64,000 nt of DNA from Candidatus Moraniibacteriota bacterium (lineage in GTDB: Bacteria > Patescibacteriota > Minisyncoccia > Moranbacterales > UBA1568): assembly GCA_016699385.1 (NCBI GenBank), contig CP064974.1, forward strand, positions 3,242 through 67,241. Direction: 5' to 3'. The translations under genes were made by a program, and so were the position numbers. The notes beneath the pieces are model-generated. The model was not told the DNA's origin, did not search any database, and worked only from the letters and a program-made list of their open reading frames with translations. Below, in pieces: positions 43,301 through 54,900 of the stretch; positions within the stretch are counted from its first letter, which is position 1; each line of letters begins with the position of its first letter.

Positions 43301-44951
43301 CATCACCGTCTCCTGGACCGCCTCGACCGATCCGACAGTCGCAGGACAAACCACGTCAGGTATTTCCAATTACGTCGTCGAACGCTGCCAAGGAACAGGC
43401 TGTTCCACCTTCACCCAAGTCGGCACTCCGACCACCTCTCCCTTCGTCGACTCCGGCCTCACGCCAAACACCTTTTACAACTATCACGTCCGCGCGACCG
43501 ATGCCGCCGGGAATCTCTCCGGCTGGTCCAATGTGGTCGGTGCGACGACCCAAGCTCCTGATACGCAAGCGCCCACAGCTCCGAGCAATCTCCAAACCTC
43601 CGTCGTCTCATCCTCCAGCATCAACCTCGCCTGGACGGCAAGCACAGACAATGTCGCCGTCACCAATTACACCGTCGAACGCTGCTCCGGAACTTCCTGC
43701 ACCACCTTCACCCAAATCGCCACTCCAACGACCAACTCCTACTCCGACGCCGGTCTTACGGGAACGACGACCTACCGCTACCGAGTCCTCGCAACCGATG
43801 CCGCCAACAACACTTCCCCCTACTCGAATATTTCTTCCGCCACGACCCCCGAGACACCTCCCGTCTCCCAGTATCTCCAGGCGGGCTACAACTTTGCCGA
43901 AGGCACCGGCACCACCACCCAAGACATCTCCGGTCACAACCACACCGGTACTCTCTCCAATACCACCTGGTCGACGAGCGGCAAATACGGAAACGCTCTC
44001 GACTTTAACGGAACGAGCAGCTCTGTCGGTATTGGAAACTGGAACATTCCCGGAAGCGCCATCACCCTAAGCGCCTGGGTACGGGCGGACGACTGGAAGA
44101 CGGACGATGTCCGCATCCTCTCCAAAGCAACCGACAGTACCGAACAGGGTCATACCTGGATGCTCTCCGATTCCAATAGTCTCCTCCGCTTCCGCCTCAA
44201 AACCGGTGGCACAACCACAACCCTCGTTGCAACGAGCGGCACTCTCCAAACAAATGTCTGGACTCATGTCGCCGCGGTCTATGACGGAAGCACGATGACA
44301 CTCTACAAAGACGGACTCGAAGTCGGAAGCCAAGCCAAAACCGGCACCATCGATCAAAACACCGCCAACATTTCAATCGGAGCAAATCCCGAAGGCTCCA
44401 ACTCCTTTGACGGTACGATAGACGATGTCCGCATCTACAACAAGGCGCTCACGCAATCAGAAATCCAAACCGATATGAATACGGCGCTTACTTCGGGAGG
44501 AGGCGGTACGGTCGCCTGCAACACCGTGACGACCGCGAACTTCTCCGATGCCGCTTACAACAGTTACGGCGCGCCTTTCGATGCGTTTCAAACGAGTACG
44601 AATCTGATGAATGCACTGTGCACCAGCGCCGACACGCATACCATCACGCTCACGACCGGAGTAACGGGAGACACCGCGAGAATCGTCTACACCAAAGGCT
44701 ACTGGTACGATGCAATAGGAAGCGCCTGGCGACAATACACCGGCACCTGCACGGGAGCGCTCAATGGCGAGTGGTGCCAAGGCTCCGTCTCCGCGACGAT
44801 CACGGATGCCAATGTCTCCACTTCCGGGACGGGCTCACCCACCTACCTGGTCGGGATGACCTGCAGTGTGCAGGGAGGGAGTTGGAAGTGCGGGTGTCGG
44901 GATACGGCGTGTGCGAGTTTCAACTGGCAGGTGCAAGGGGGAGGGATGTAG
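40316..44951 (+). CDS. large secreted surface protein (copy C, long form; one frameshift near 40495): signal peptide, 2 beta-helix domains, 3 FN3 domains, LamG_3 domain, Cys-rich C-terminal domain
   Basis: The ORFs 40316..40594 and 40431..44951 overlap. The N-terminus is identical to the 14055 gene up to a one-base insertion (gagccgatc versus gagcgatc). The likely start is the ATG at 40349. The domain architecture was read from motifs as for copy B, plus a second beta-helix (GGVNYYIRDGGTSSTCTDWTNAC...). Confidence 0.75.
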
Positions 44952-45017
44952 GTGGATGGAGAATGTGGAAATTCAGAAGTGTGATACAATGGGGGCATAT
45001 ATTTTTGTGATGCGTGT

Positions 45018-46175
45018 ATGCCGCAGCCACATGGTCTTGGAAGAGGGTTGTCTTCGTTGATTCCTCAGAACCAGAAAAAGCAAGATGCGACTCCTCCGGA
45101 GAATGCTCAATCTTTTTCATCCTCAGCTTCTACTCAGAAGACGAGTCCTTTTGGCGTGAAAATGGCACCTCTTCAGAAAATGCCCACAGCGCCTCCTGTT
45201 TCCATAAAGAAAGAAGGTGAGTCCGACTCATCCGTTCAATCAAGATCTTCAGATGCGCCTCGTGAACCTCGGGAGATTTCTTCGCCAGTGTTTGATATTC
45301 CCGTGAAGACTATGCAGGAGACAGCGCCACCACTCACGAAAGATTCTGTTGCAGTGACTGCTCCAGCAGTGTCTACAGGGGAAGGTGCGGCGCTTTCGGT
45401 ACCGATAGGGAATGTGGTACCAAATCCGCATCAGCCACGCATCCAATTTAGCGAAGAAAAGCTCATGGAGCTCGCGCAGTCAATCAAGGAGCATGGTATC
45501 CTTCAACCACTCATTGTGACGCGTGTCGGGAGTAATTTTGAGCTTATTGCGGGGGAGCGTCGACTGCAGGCAGCGAAAATCGTCGGACTTACGGAAGTGC
45601 CTGTCATGATACGTGAAGCGGAAGATCAGGAAAAATTCGAGCTTGCTATTATCGAGAATATTCAGCGGCATGATCTCAATCCCATTGAGGAATCTCGCGC
45701 GTATGAACGACTTTCGAAGGAATTTCAGCTCTCTCAGGAAGCGATAGCGAAGAAGATGGGGCGAAGTCGGAGCGCTATAGCCAATACGATGCGACTCTTG
45801 CAATTGCCCATTGATATACAACGTGCGGTTGCCGATGAAACAATTTCCGAAGGACACGCTAAGGCGCTTCTCTCTATCGATAATCCTGAGAAGCAGCGAG
45901 CGCTTTTCGATTTGATTGTCCAACAGGGTCTCACGGTGCGCGAGGCGGAAATGAAGTCGCGAAACGTCTCGACTCGACCGCCAAGAAAATCCGCATCGAA
46001 AGACCCGGAAATCGAAGCTCGCGAGAGTGCTTTGTCAGAAATATTTGGCACAAAAGTGCGTATCGCAAAAACCAATGCCGGAGGCATGATTCGCATCGAT
46101 TATTTTTCCGATGAGGAATTCAGAAATATCTTCTCGAAACTCGCCAGCAAAGGCGAAGAAAATATACAAAGATAA
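45018..46175 (+). CDS. parB: ParB/Spo0J-family partition protein with a roughly 100-aa low-complexity N-terminal insertion
   Basis: The N-terminus has GLGRGLSSLI. The ParB box is GERRLQAAKIVGLTEVPVMIRE and the HTH is LSQEAIAKKMGRSRSAIANTMRLLQLP. An S/P/A-rich segment lies between them. No parA is adjacent. Confidence 0.85.
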   Translation: MPQPHGLGRGLSSLIPQNQKKQDATPPENAQSFSSSASTQKTSPFGVKMAPLQKMPTAPPVSIKKEGESDSSVQSRSSDAPREPREISSPVFDIPVKTMQETAPPLTKDSVAVTAPAVSTGEGAALSVPIGNVVPNPHQPRIQFSEEKLMELAQSIKEHGILQPLIVTRVGSNFELIAGERRLQAAKIVGLTEVPVMIREAEDQEKFELAIIENIQRHDLNPIEESRAYERLSKEFQLSQEAIAKKMGRSRSAIANTMRLLQLPIDIQRAVADETISEGHAKALLSIDNPEKQRALFDLIVQQGLTVREAEMKSRNVSTRPPRKSASKDPEIEARESALSEIFGTKVRIAKTNAGGMIRIDYFSDEEFRNIFSKLASKGEENIQR

Positions 46176-46372
46176 GTGATTCTTTAATTCACCTTGCGAG
46201 AAATGAGGTGTCACTTTCGTCGTGTCCCAAACGAAACAATCCCGCCAAGTCGAGAAGCGAGGTAGATTTTGGTTTATACAGATGTGCAGCGCTTCCGGAA
46301 AGTTGAGATTCTTTGACTCCGCTCGGAATGACATAGATTTTGTCCTGCGCGCAGCAAGTTTCTTAACAAGCG

Positions 46373-47491
46373 CTAGAGATATTCCTCGCCCTTTTCTTGT
46401 TTTATTTTTTCCAAGAGTGCTTTGATATCGGAAACTTTATCCTTGCTTGCAACGAGGATGCAGTCATTGGTTTCGACGACGACGATGTTTTCCAGACCGA
46501 TAGTGGCGATGAGTTTTTTGTCGGAAAGGATGAGGCATTTCTTGCTTCCGACATCGACATGATTGCCGCGCGCGATGATAGAAACCTCGTGTTGTTTCTC
46601 GAGGAGGTCGAATATCGCTGACCAATTGCCAACATCGCTCCACTCGAGTGGCGCGGGGATGACGGCGCGTTCTTCTGGGGGGAGTTTCTCGATAATGGCG
46701 GGTTCTATCGGGTCATTCGGGAGGCTTTCGAAGAGCGCTTGTCGTGCCTTCGGATTTTCTCGTTCTTTTTCCATATGTTCGAGGGTTTCGAACAGTGTGG
46801 GCGTAAGGGATTTCACTCGATTGAGGAGCGTTTGCACAGAAAAGATAAAGTAGCCGGCATTCCAGAGATACTCCCAATTCTTGAGATATTCTTCGGCGGT
46901 TTCTCTATCGGGTTTTTCTTTGAAAGCTTCAATCGAGAAAACACGATGATCTCGAATCGTGCCGAGATCATCACCCATTTTTATATACCCAAAACCGGTG
47001 TCGGGAGTGGTCGGATTAATACCGAGTGTCACTATTTTGTCTGGAAATGTTGACGCTGTTTCGAAGGCAGAAAGGAGTGCCGATGAAAACGCTTCGCTAT
47101 TGGCGATTACGTGGTCGGAAGCAATGGTCGCGAGGATAGCTTCTGGGTCGCGATGGAATATTTCTTGTGCCGCGAGAGCGATGGCGGCGGCAGTGCCGCG
47201 AGGGGCTGGCTCGATGATGAGGTGGTCAGAATCAATATCCGGGAGGAGACTGAGAATTTTATTACGGTAGCGGTCACTTGTTCCCACAAAGATATTCTGC
47301 ACGTTTGGAATGGTGTGGCGCACTCGTTCCCACGTGTCTTCGAGGAGCGTTGATCCGCTTTCGGAAACAAAGTTGTGGAACTGCTTCGGCAGAGACTTCC
47401 TCGAAAGTGGCCAGAGGCGGGTGCCACTTCCGCCAGCCATGATGACGGCGTAGAAATGCTTTGAATTCTTGACAAGATATTCTTCGGACAT
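46373..47491 (-). CDS. mannose-1-phosphate guanylyltransferase (GDP-mannose pyrophosphorylase) family nucleotidyltransferase
   Basis: YAVIMAGGSGTRLWPLSRKSLPKQF at the N-terminus, and 372-aa length. Confidence 0.8.
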   Translation of the reverse strand: MSEEYLVKNSKHFYAVIMAGGSGTRLWPLSRKSLPKQFHNFVSESGSTLLEDTWERVRHTIPNVQNIFVGTSDRYRNKILSLLPDIDSDHLIIEPAPRGTAAAIALAAQEIFHRDPEAILATIASDHVIANSEAFSSALLSAFETASTFPDKIVTLGINPTTPDTGFGYIKMGDDLGTIRDHRVFSIEAFKEKPDRETAEEYLKNWEYLWNAGYFIFSVQTLLNRVKSLTPTLFETLEHMEKERENPKARQALFESLPNDPIEPAIIEKLPPEERAVIPAPLEWSDVGNWSAIFDLLEKQHEVSIIARGNHVDVGSKKCLILSDKKLIATIGLENIVVVETNDCILVASKDKVSDIKALLEKIKQEKGEEYL

Positions 47492-47863
47492 AGGGGTTTA
47501 AAAATTACCAAGTAATGTCGCAATCTGAATGTTAGAAAATAATGACAAACTGGAAGTTTGAGATCCTTACCTTGCGTGGAATGAATTTTTTCTCAGTACA
47601 AGTTAAAACCTCTAACACAGCATATTCGCAAAGATAGGCATTTAGGTTTCATGAGCTTTCAGAGGGTGAACTCGTTCGTAGATGGGCTATCTTTAGCGAA
47701 TGGTACCTGGATTCTTCCTGCTAGATGGATGGGAATGACGGAAAAAATCTTTTCATTTCGTGCAAGGAAGCTAAATTTTCAAAGGATCTTTTAGGTGGGG
47801 AGCCGTTCGAACTTCTTCCAAGTACTCGCACCATAGCGCGTTTTCTGTTTTTTGCAAGGGTTT

Positions 47864-47872
47864 TGCTATAAT
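47864..47872 (+). promoter_or_regulatory. extended -10 element TGCTATAAT, 6 nt upstream of the ATG at 47879 (leaderless-type)
   Basis: tgc-tataat at 47864..47872. The ATG at 47879 begins MIEKLKAPW. Confidence 0.35.
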
Positions 47873-47878
47873 GCAAAC

Positions 47879-48640
47879 ATGATTGAGAAGTTGAAGGCGC
47901 CGTGGCGCCGGAAAGACGAGCGGTGGAATGATAATCGGGATATTCCCTCGAAATCAAAGGGAATATTTCATCGTGTCGCAATCGGCATGGCAAAGCTTTT
48001 CGCTGTTGCGGTGCTCGTGGGTTCTGTGGGCGTCTGGTTAAATGCATGGTTTGTGAATCGGTCGGAAGAGGCAAAGCTCGCGGCACTCGAACGTGAAAAA
48101 GCGCAGGAACAATCGACGAGTGCGGCACAAAGTGCGGAAACGAAATCATCTCCACCAGCCGAAGTGCTTGGTGAGAATGATTTGGGTGGTGTCGGCGTTC
48201 TCTCAAGTGAAAACTATCGCGTCGGGCAAATCGTCTTGGGCGGCGATGTCGGACTGCTCTCGCAGGGTGATGAGTTGACCGAGCTTGCTGTCGATGATAT
48301 TCGAGGTGAGACACTGGGGAGTAAGAATCAAAACGAGGGGCGAGCGCTCATTACGTGGAGAACGAGCAAAGCGGCAAAATCGACACTGAAATATAGCAAA
48401 ACTGCAGGAGGGAGCGAAAAGTCTCTTGACGAAGATGGATTTGGAATGTCACATAGTGCCGTTCTTTCGAATCTCGATCTTTCCTCGACGTATCTCTACA
48501 CCGTGACGGTTCGTGATCGTTATGGCAACGAAATTACGAGTGATCCGCATGCGGTGTATACAGGGACGCGAGTGGTGTCACTCTTTGAGCTTATCACCAA
48601 TGCTTTGCAAGAGGTCTTCGGTTGGGCAGTGAAGAAATAA
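47879..48640 (+). CDS. membrane-anchored hypothetical protein with a C-terminal beta-sandwich (FN3-like) domain
   Basis: The ORF track starts at 47852. After Met-10 there is a TM helix (GMAKLFAVAVLVGSVGVWL). A C-terminal ...ALITWRTSKAAKSTLKYSKTAGG...YLYTVTVRDRYGNEITSDP region resembles an FN3/PAP-N-type sandwich. Confidence 0.5.
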   Translation: MIEKLKAPWRRKDERWNDNRDIPSKSKGIFHRVAIGMAKLFAVAVLVGSVGVWLNAWFVNRSEEAKLAALEREKAQEQSTSAAQSAETKSSPPAEVLGENDLGGVGVLSSENYRVGQIVLGGDVGLLSQGDELTELAVDDIRGETLGSKNQNEGRALITWRTSKAAKSTLKYSKTAGGSEKSLDEDGFGMSHSAVLSNLDLSSTYLYTVTVRDRYGNEITSDPHAVYTGTRVVSLFELITNALQEVFGWAVKK

Positions 48641-48903
48641 CGGCTTGAACGAAGGGTGGATCTCAAATGAAAAATGACGAATCTTGTGAGAGTGCTTGCA
48701 GGAGAGTGAGTTTCAAATGCCGAGATATTTGAGGATTGAGAAGGTGTCTTGAATTTTTATGTGAAATTTGGAAGTGCAGCTTTGTATTTTGTTGAATAAT
48801 CGGGCATATTGATGTACTTGACAGAGTTCGAAAGAGCTTTGTTTTTTTGTGGATTTTGTAGTACTATTATGACTAGACACATGGGTGTATTTTCTTAATT
48901 TCG

Positions 48904-51900
48904 ATGCTCTCGACTGAAGTGACGAGGAGGATACGCTTTCATCCTCTCGGATTACTTCGATCCCGAATGCATTTCTTCAATCAAAACAAAAAAGTGAGTC
49001 TGCTCACAATGCTTCGCAATGTGATACAGACAGAAAAGCATTTCATCGCACTTCTTTCGGTAGGTATACTGGCAGGGGTTTGTATCTGGGGAGTAGCTTC
49101 TCCGGCTGTTTTTGCGCAGGCGATTCCGGGAACAACGCCAACACTTGGGAATGAAAAGCAAGTGAGTGCTTCGGCAATATTGCTTGACGGCAAAGGGTCG
49201 CCAGTGCCGAATGGCGAATATGAAGTCCGGTTTAGCATTTATCGCGCCGATCGTGCGACGAGCGATCCCTACCCGTCGGACACGGATGCTACGCTTCGCG
49301 TGTGGGAGGAAACACAGCAAGTGACCGTGAAGAACGGCATCATGAATGCCTACCTCGGTGTGACGACGCCATTTCCGGGGACGCTCACCTTTGAGGGTGG
49401 GGAGTATTTCCTCGGGGTCCGCGTTGGGACGGATTCGGAAATGGTGCCACGGAAAAAGTTTGGCACATTTACGAATGCGATTAATTCACAATTTTTGCGA
49501 GGGAAAACGATTGGCACGAATGCCGGTGATATCGTGACCTATGGCACGAGCGGGAAGATAGATATAAAGCAGCTCCCGACTGGGACGAGCGGAAGTAAAT
49601 TACTCCTCGCAAACAACAAAGATTTTACGGGCGTACTAAACGATGTATCCGGGCTTCTTGGGGATGTCTCCGGACTTCTCGGCGATGTCTCAAATCTTCA
49701 GGGTGACAGTCACGCGCAAAACACGGATACCGGTACGGATTCACTCACGTTTAATATTGGGTCTGGAACAGCTGTAGGGTCGAACAATTTCGACCTGACG
49801 GTCTCGAACGCGACCAATGCGCCCACACTTCGCTATAGCGGGTCGGCAGGGGAATGGCAGTTCTCGGATGATGGTACGACCTTTGCATCGCTCGGAGCAG
49901 GATCGGGCAGTGGCATAACCGGAACAGGAACGAATGGCTTTGTTTCCTACTGGACGGGAGCAAGTACGCTTGGGTCGGAAGCATACCTAGCGACATCTCG
50001 TGGTGGGACCGGACTCGACACCTCGAGCTCGACGGGTATTCCGGTGATTGCTTCTGGTACGTGGAGCGTTGCCTCTTCGCTTGGCGTTTCACAGGGAGGT
50101 ACCGGACTCACGTCTACCCCTTTGAATGGACAGCTCCTCATCGGAAATGGAAGTGATTTCTCTTTGGCAACATTGTCCGTTGGGAATGGTCTCTCGGTGA
50201 CGAATGGATCGGGGTCGGTGTCACTTGCGCTCGATGTGACGACGACGGGCACGACATCGACGACACAGTCGAATTCCGGACTCGAGCTCGTTGCATCTGG
50301 ACTCCGGTTGCTTGGTGGTTGTTCGGATGGGGAAATACTCAAGTGGGATAGTGGGAGTTCAGTATGGACATGCTCCAGCGATCTCGGTGCTACAACATCA
50401 ATTATCAACGTGAATGAAGGAGCAACAGCGTATACAGGTATTGATACGCTCACATTTGATGCCAATGACTTCAGTATCACTCAGCTCGGGAGTGAAGCAA
50501 CGGTGGCAATCGATTATGCGAATTCCGGAATCGCTCGCCTTGGTCAGGATGAGACCGTGACCGGCGCCTGGACATTTAGCGGTAACGCAACTTTTGGTAC
50601 GATTGCAGGTGGTGTCTGGAATGGCACCGCGATTGGCGCCACCTATGGCGGTACCGGTATCAATACGAGTGGCTCGACCGGCGTGCCCTATATCACAGGT
50701 GGTACGTGGAGTGTCGATACAACGGCACTGGCGGTCTCGCATGGCGGTACGGGTGCGACGAGTTTGAATAATCTCATCACTCTTGGGACGCATACTACGG
50801 GCAACTACGTCGCTGCCATCACTGCCGGAGATGGTATCTCTGGATCTGCCGGAAGCGAAGGCGCTACTCCAACCCTCTCCGTCAACCTCCTCACCTCTGC
50901 CGATGGCACCGGAAGCACTTCCTCCAACTCCGGCCTCGAATTCCAAGGCACGAGCTCCAATGAACTCTCCCTCATCCAAGGCTGTGCTGACAATGAAGTC
51001 CTCTCTTGGAATGATGGAACGAGTGTCTGGCAGTGCGCCTCTGTCTCTGGTGTTGGCGGCGTGACGGGAAGTGCAACGAGTGGGCAAGTCGCCTATTGGT
51101 CTGGCACCTCTACCATTTCCGGAGAAAACCAACTCGCGGTCTCAAGAGGAGGAACAAATATCGGTTCGTATGCCATTGGTGATATTCTCTACGCAAGCGG
51201 TGCTACCACACTTGCCAAACTTGCTGACATTGCTACGGGAAATGTCCTCCTTTCCGGTGGGGTAGGCGTGGCACCGAGCTGGGGGAAGGTGGCGCTTGGG
51301 ACGCATACCACGGGAAACTATGTCGCCAATGCGAGCACCTCGACACTCACGGGTCTCACGGGCGGATCAGGCGGATCAGCGGGCGCATCACTCTCTCTCG
51401 CACTCGACTATTCTACGGCGCTTGCGGGTGACCCGGCGCTTTCGGCGAACAATGCTATTTTCGGAACAAATGGACTTATCTTCGAAGGAGCGACAGCAGA
51501 TACTTTCGAGACATTCATCACTCTTGCTGATCCAAGTGCTGATCGAACATTTACCTTCCCGGATCTTTCGGGGACGATAGCGACGATCAATGGGGCACAG
51601 ACATTTACCAATGCCATTTGGAATGCGACAGCTATTGGCGCAACTTATGGTGGGACAGGTATCAATACTGCGAGCTCAACAGGCGTACCATATATTTCCT
51701 CCGGCACGTGGAGTGTCGACGCAACTTCGCTTGCGGTGGCACATGGAGGAACGGGTGTTGCAACTTTCGGCGGGACCAACACGCTCCTCTATACAACTTC
51801 TGCCAATACACTCGCGTCTCTGGCAACAGCGAATAGCTCCATACTTGTCACCAATGGTTCGGGTGTCCCTTCACTCGCAACAGATATCCCGACCGCCGTC

Positions 51901-54900
51901 ACTATCGGTGGCGCCTATGTCTATCGAGTGGGCGGGACAGATGTATCACTTGCCGATGGCGGCACCGGCGCCTCTCTCTCTGACCCCAATGCCGACAACA
52001 TCCTCTTCTGGGACGACTCTGCCGGAGCAAGCACTTGGCTCGCCCTCTCCTCCAACCTCTCCATCACTGCCACCACCCTCGACCTCGCCTCCTCCGTCAA
52101 CATCAACACCCTCCAACTCGGCGCAAACGGCACCGACGGTTCTTTCATTCTTTACTCCGAACAGGGCGCGACCGACTACACCACGACTTTCCAGCCCGGC
52201 ACCCAAACACAAAACATCACCTATACACTTCCAAACGATGATGGGACAAGTGGGCAGGTACTTCTCACCGATGGAAGTGGCACACTTTCTTGGTCGAGCG
52301 TCTCCGGTGCTGGCGGAGTGAGTGGAACTGGAACAAGCGGCTACGCAACATATTGGGATAGCACGAACTCTATTGCTGCCGAACAATATCTCTCCCTTAC
52401 CCGAGGAGGCACCGGTACCACACTCTCCAATCCCGGAGCCGATCGCGTTCTCTTCTGGGATAACTCTGGTGGTGCACTGACCTGGCTCGCTCCTTCTTCC
52501 AACCTCTCCATCACTGCCACCACCCTCGACCTCGCCTCCTCCGTCAACATCAACACCCTCCAACTCGGCGCAAACGGTACCGACGGTTCTTTCATTCTTT
52601 ACTCCGAACAGGGCGCGACCGACTACACTACGACTTTCCAGCCCGGCACCCAAACACAAGACATCACCTATACACTTCCGAATGATGATGGGACAAGTGG
52701 GCAGGTACTTCTCACCGATGGAAGTGGCACACTTTCTTGGTCGAGCGTCTCCGGTGCTGGCGGAGTGAGTGGAACTGGAACAAGCGGCTACGCAACATAT
52801 TGGGATAGCACGAACTCTATTGCTGCCGAACAATATCTCTCCCTTACCCGAGGAGGCACCGGTACCACACTCTCCAATCCCGGAGCCGATCGCATTCTCT
52901 TCTGGGATAACTCTGGTGGTGCACTGACCTGGCTCGCTCCTTCTTCCAACCTCTCCATCACTGCCACCACCCTCGACCTCGCCTCCTCCGTCAACATCAA
53001 CACCCTCCAACTCGGCGCAAACGGTACCGACGGCTCTTTCATTCTCTACTCCGAACAGGGCGCGACCGACTACACTACGACTTTCCAGCCCGGCACCCAA
53101 ACACAAGACATCACCTATACACTTCCAAACGATGACGGGACAAGTGGGCAGGTCTTAATTACCGATGGATCAGGAGTACTTTCTTGGACTTCAGCCGGAT
53201 CGGGAGGTATCGGAGATATCACCGCTATCGGAGATGTGACGAGCGGAGATGCTTTCACCTCAAGCGGCATCCAAGGAACCAGCTTGTATTTCTACGATGT
53301 TGATGGGAGGGGTCAACTGACCAGCGCTGATCTTTCCGCTGTTCGCACCTATACCTTGCCAGACGCAACGGGTACTATTATTACAACGGGCAATCTCACT
53401 GGCATCACAGCGACCGGCACTATAGCAAGCGGTACCTGGAACGGCACCGCAATTGGCGCCACCTATGGCGGTACCGGACTCAATACTTCTGCCTCCACTG
53501 GTGTCCCTACTATTAATAGTGGTACTTGGAGTGTGGCGAGTTCGCTTGGAGTGGCGCTTGGAGGGACTGGAACAACGGCACTCGCAAGTGGGGGCATTCT
53601 CTATGGGAATGGCACGAGTGCGATTGGTGTCTTGGGAGTGATGACAAATGGACAATTGCTCATTGGTGATGGCACCGGTGCGCCAACACTTGCGGCGCTT
53701 TCCGAAGGGAACGGTGTCACAGTGACAAACGGCGCCGGATCTATTAGCCTCTCCGTCAACCTCCTCACCTCTGCCGATGGCACCGGAAGCACTTCCTCCA
53801 ACTCCGGCCTCGAATTCCAAGGCACGAGCTCCAATGAACTCTCCCTCATCCAAGGCTGTGCTGACAATGAAGTCCTCTCTTGGAATGATGGAACGAGTGT
53901 CTGGCAGTGCGCCTCTGTCTCTGGTGTTGGCGGCGTGACGGGAAGTGCAACGAGTGGGCAAGTCGCCTATTGGTCTGGCACCTCTACCATTTCCGGAGAA
54001 AACCAACTCGCGGTCTCAAGAGGAGGAACAAATATCGGTTCGTATGCCATTGGTGATATTCTCTACGCAAGCGGTGCTACCACACTTGCCAAACTTGCTG
54101 ACATTGCTACGGGAAATGTCCTCCTTTCCGGTGGGGTAGGCGTGGCACCGAGCTGGGGGAAGGTGGCGCTTGGGACGAGTGTCTCTGGAACGCTGCCGGT
54201 TGCAAATGGAGGAACGGGAGCAACGAGTCTCAATGATCTTATCGCACTTACGACGAACACGACGGGGAATTATGTAGCGAGTATCAGTAATGGAAATGGC
54301 ATTTCTGGAGGGGATGGTGGTGGGGAAGGCTCTTCTCTCACACTCGCGTTGAGCGCGCTTACGGGTGATTGGAATCAGACAGGTGCCTATGACATCGTAC
54401 TCAACAATGCTTCATCGGAACTCAAGATTCTCGAATCAAGTGGCGCGACATTCTTCGGTATATTCGATGTTGGCGACCTGTCAAGTAATGACAAGACCTA
54501 CACTTTTCCAAATGCGACCGGCACAGTAGCGCTTGGTACGGGAGCGGCGAATGCAGTTGCCTATTGGAGTGGAGCAAACACTCTGACATCGGAAGCGCAA
54601 TTGTCCAATACGCGCGGTGGCACGGGGCAAGATAGTTCAGGATGGACTGGTGTGCCGTATGTGACCGCTGGTGCGTGGAATGTTTCGAGTACGCTCTCCC
54701 TGGCACTTGGCGGCACCGGTACCACACTCTCCAATCCCGGAGCCGATCGCGTTCTCTTCTGGGATAACTCTGGTGGTGCACTGACCTGGCTCGCTCCTTC
54801 TTCCAACCTCTCCATCACTGCCACCACCCTCGACCTCGCCTCCTCCGTCAACATCAACACCCTCCAACTCGGCGCAAACGGCACCGACGGTTCTTTCATT

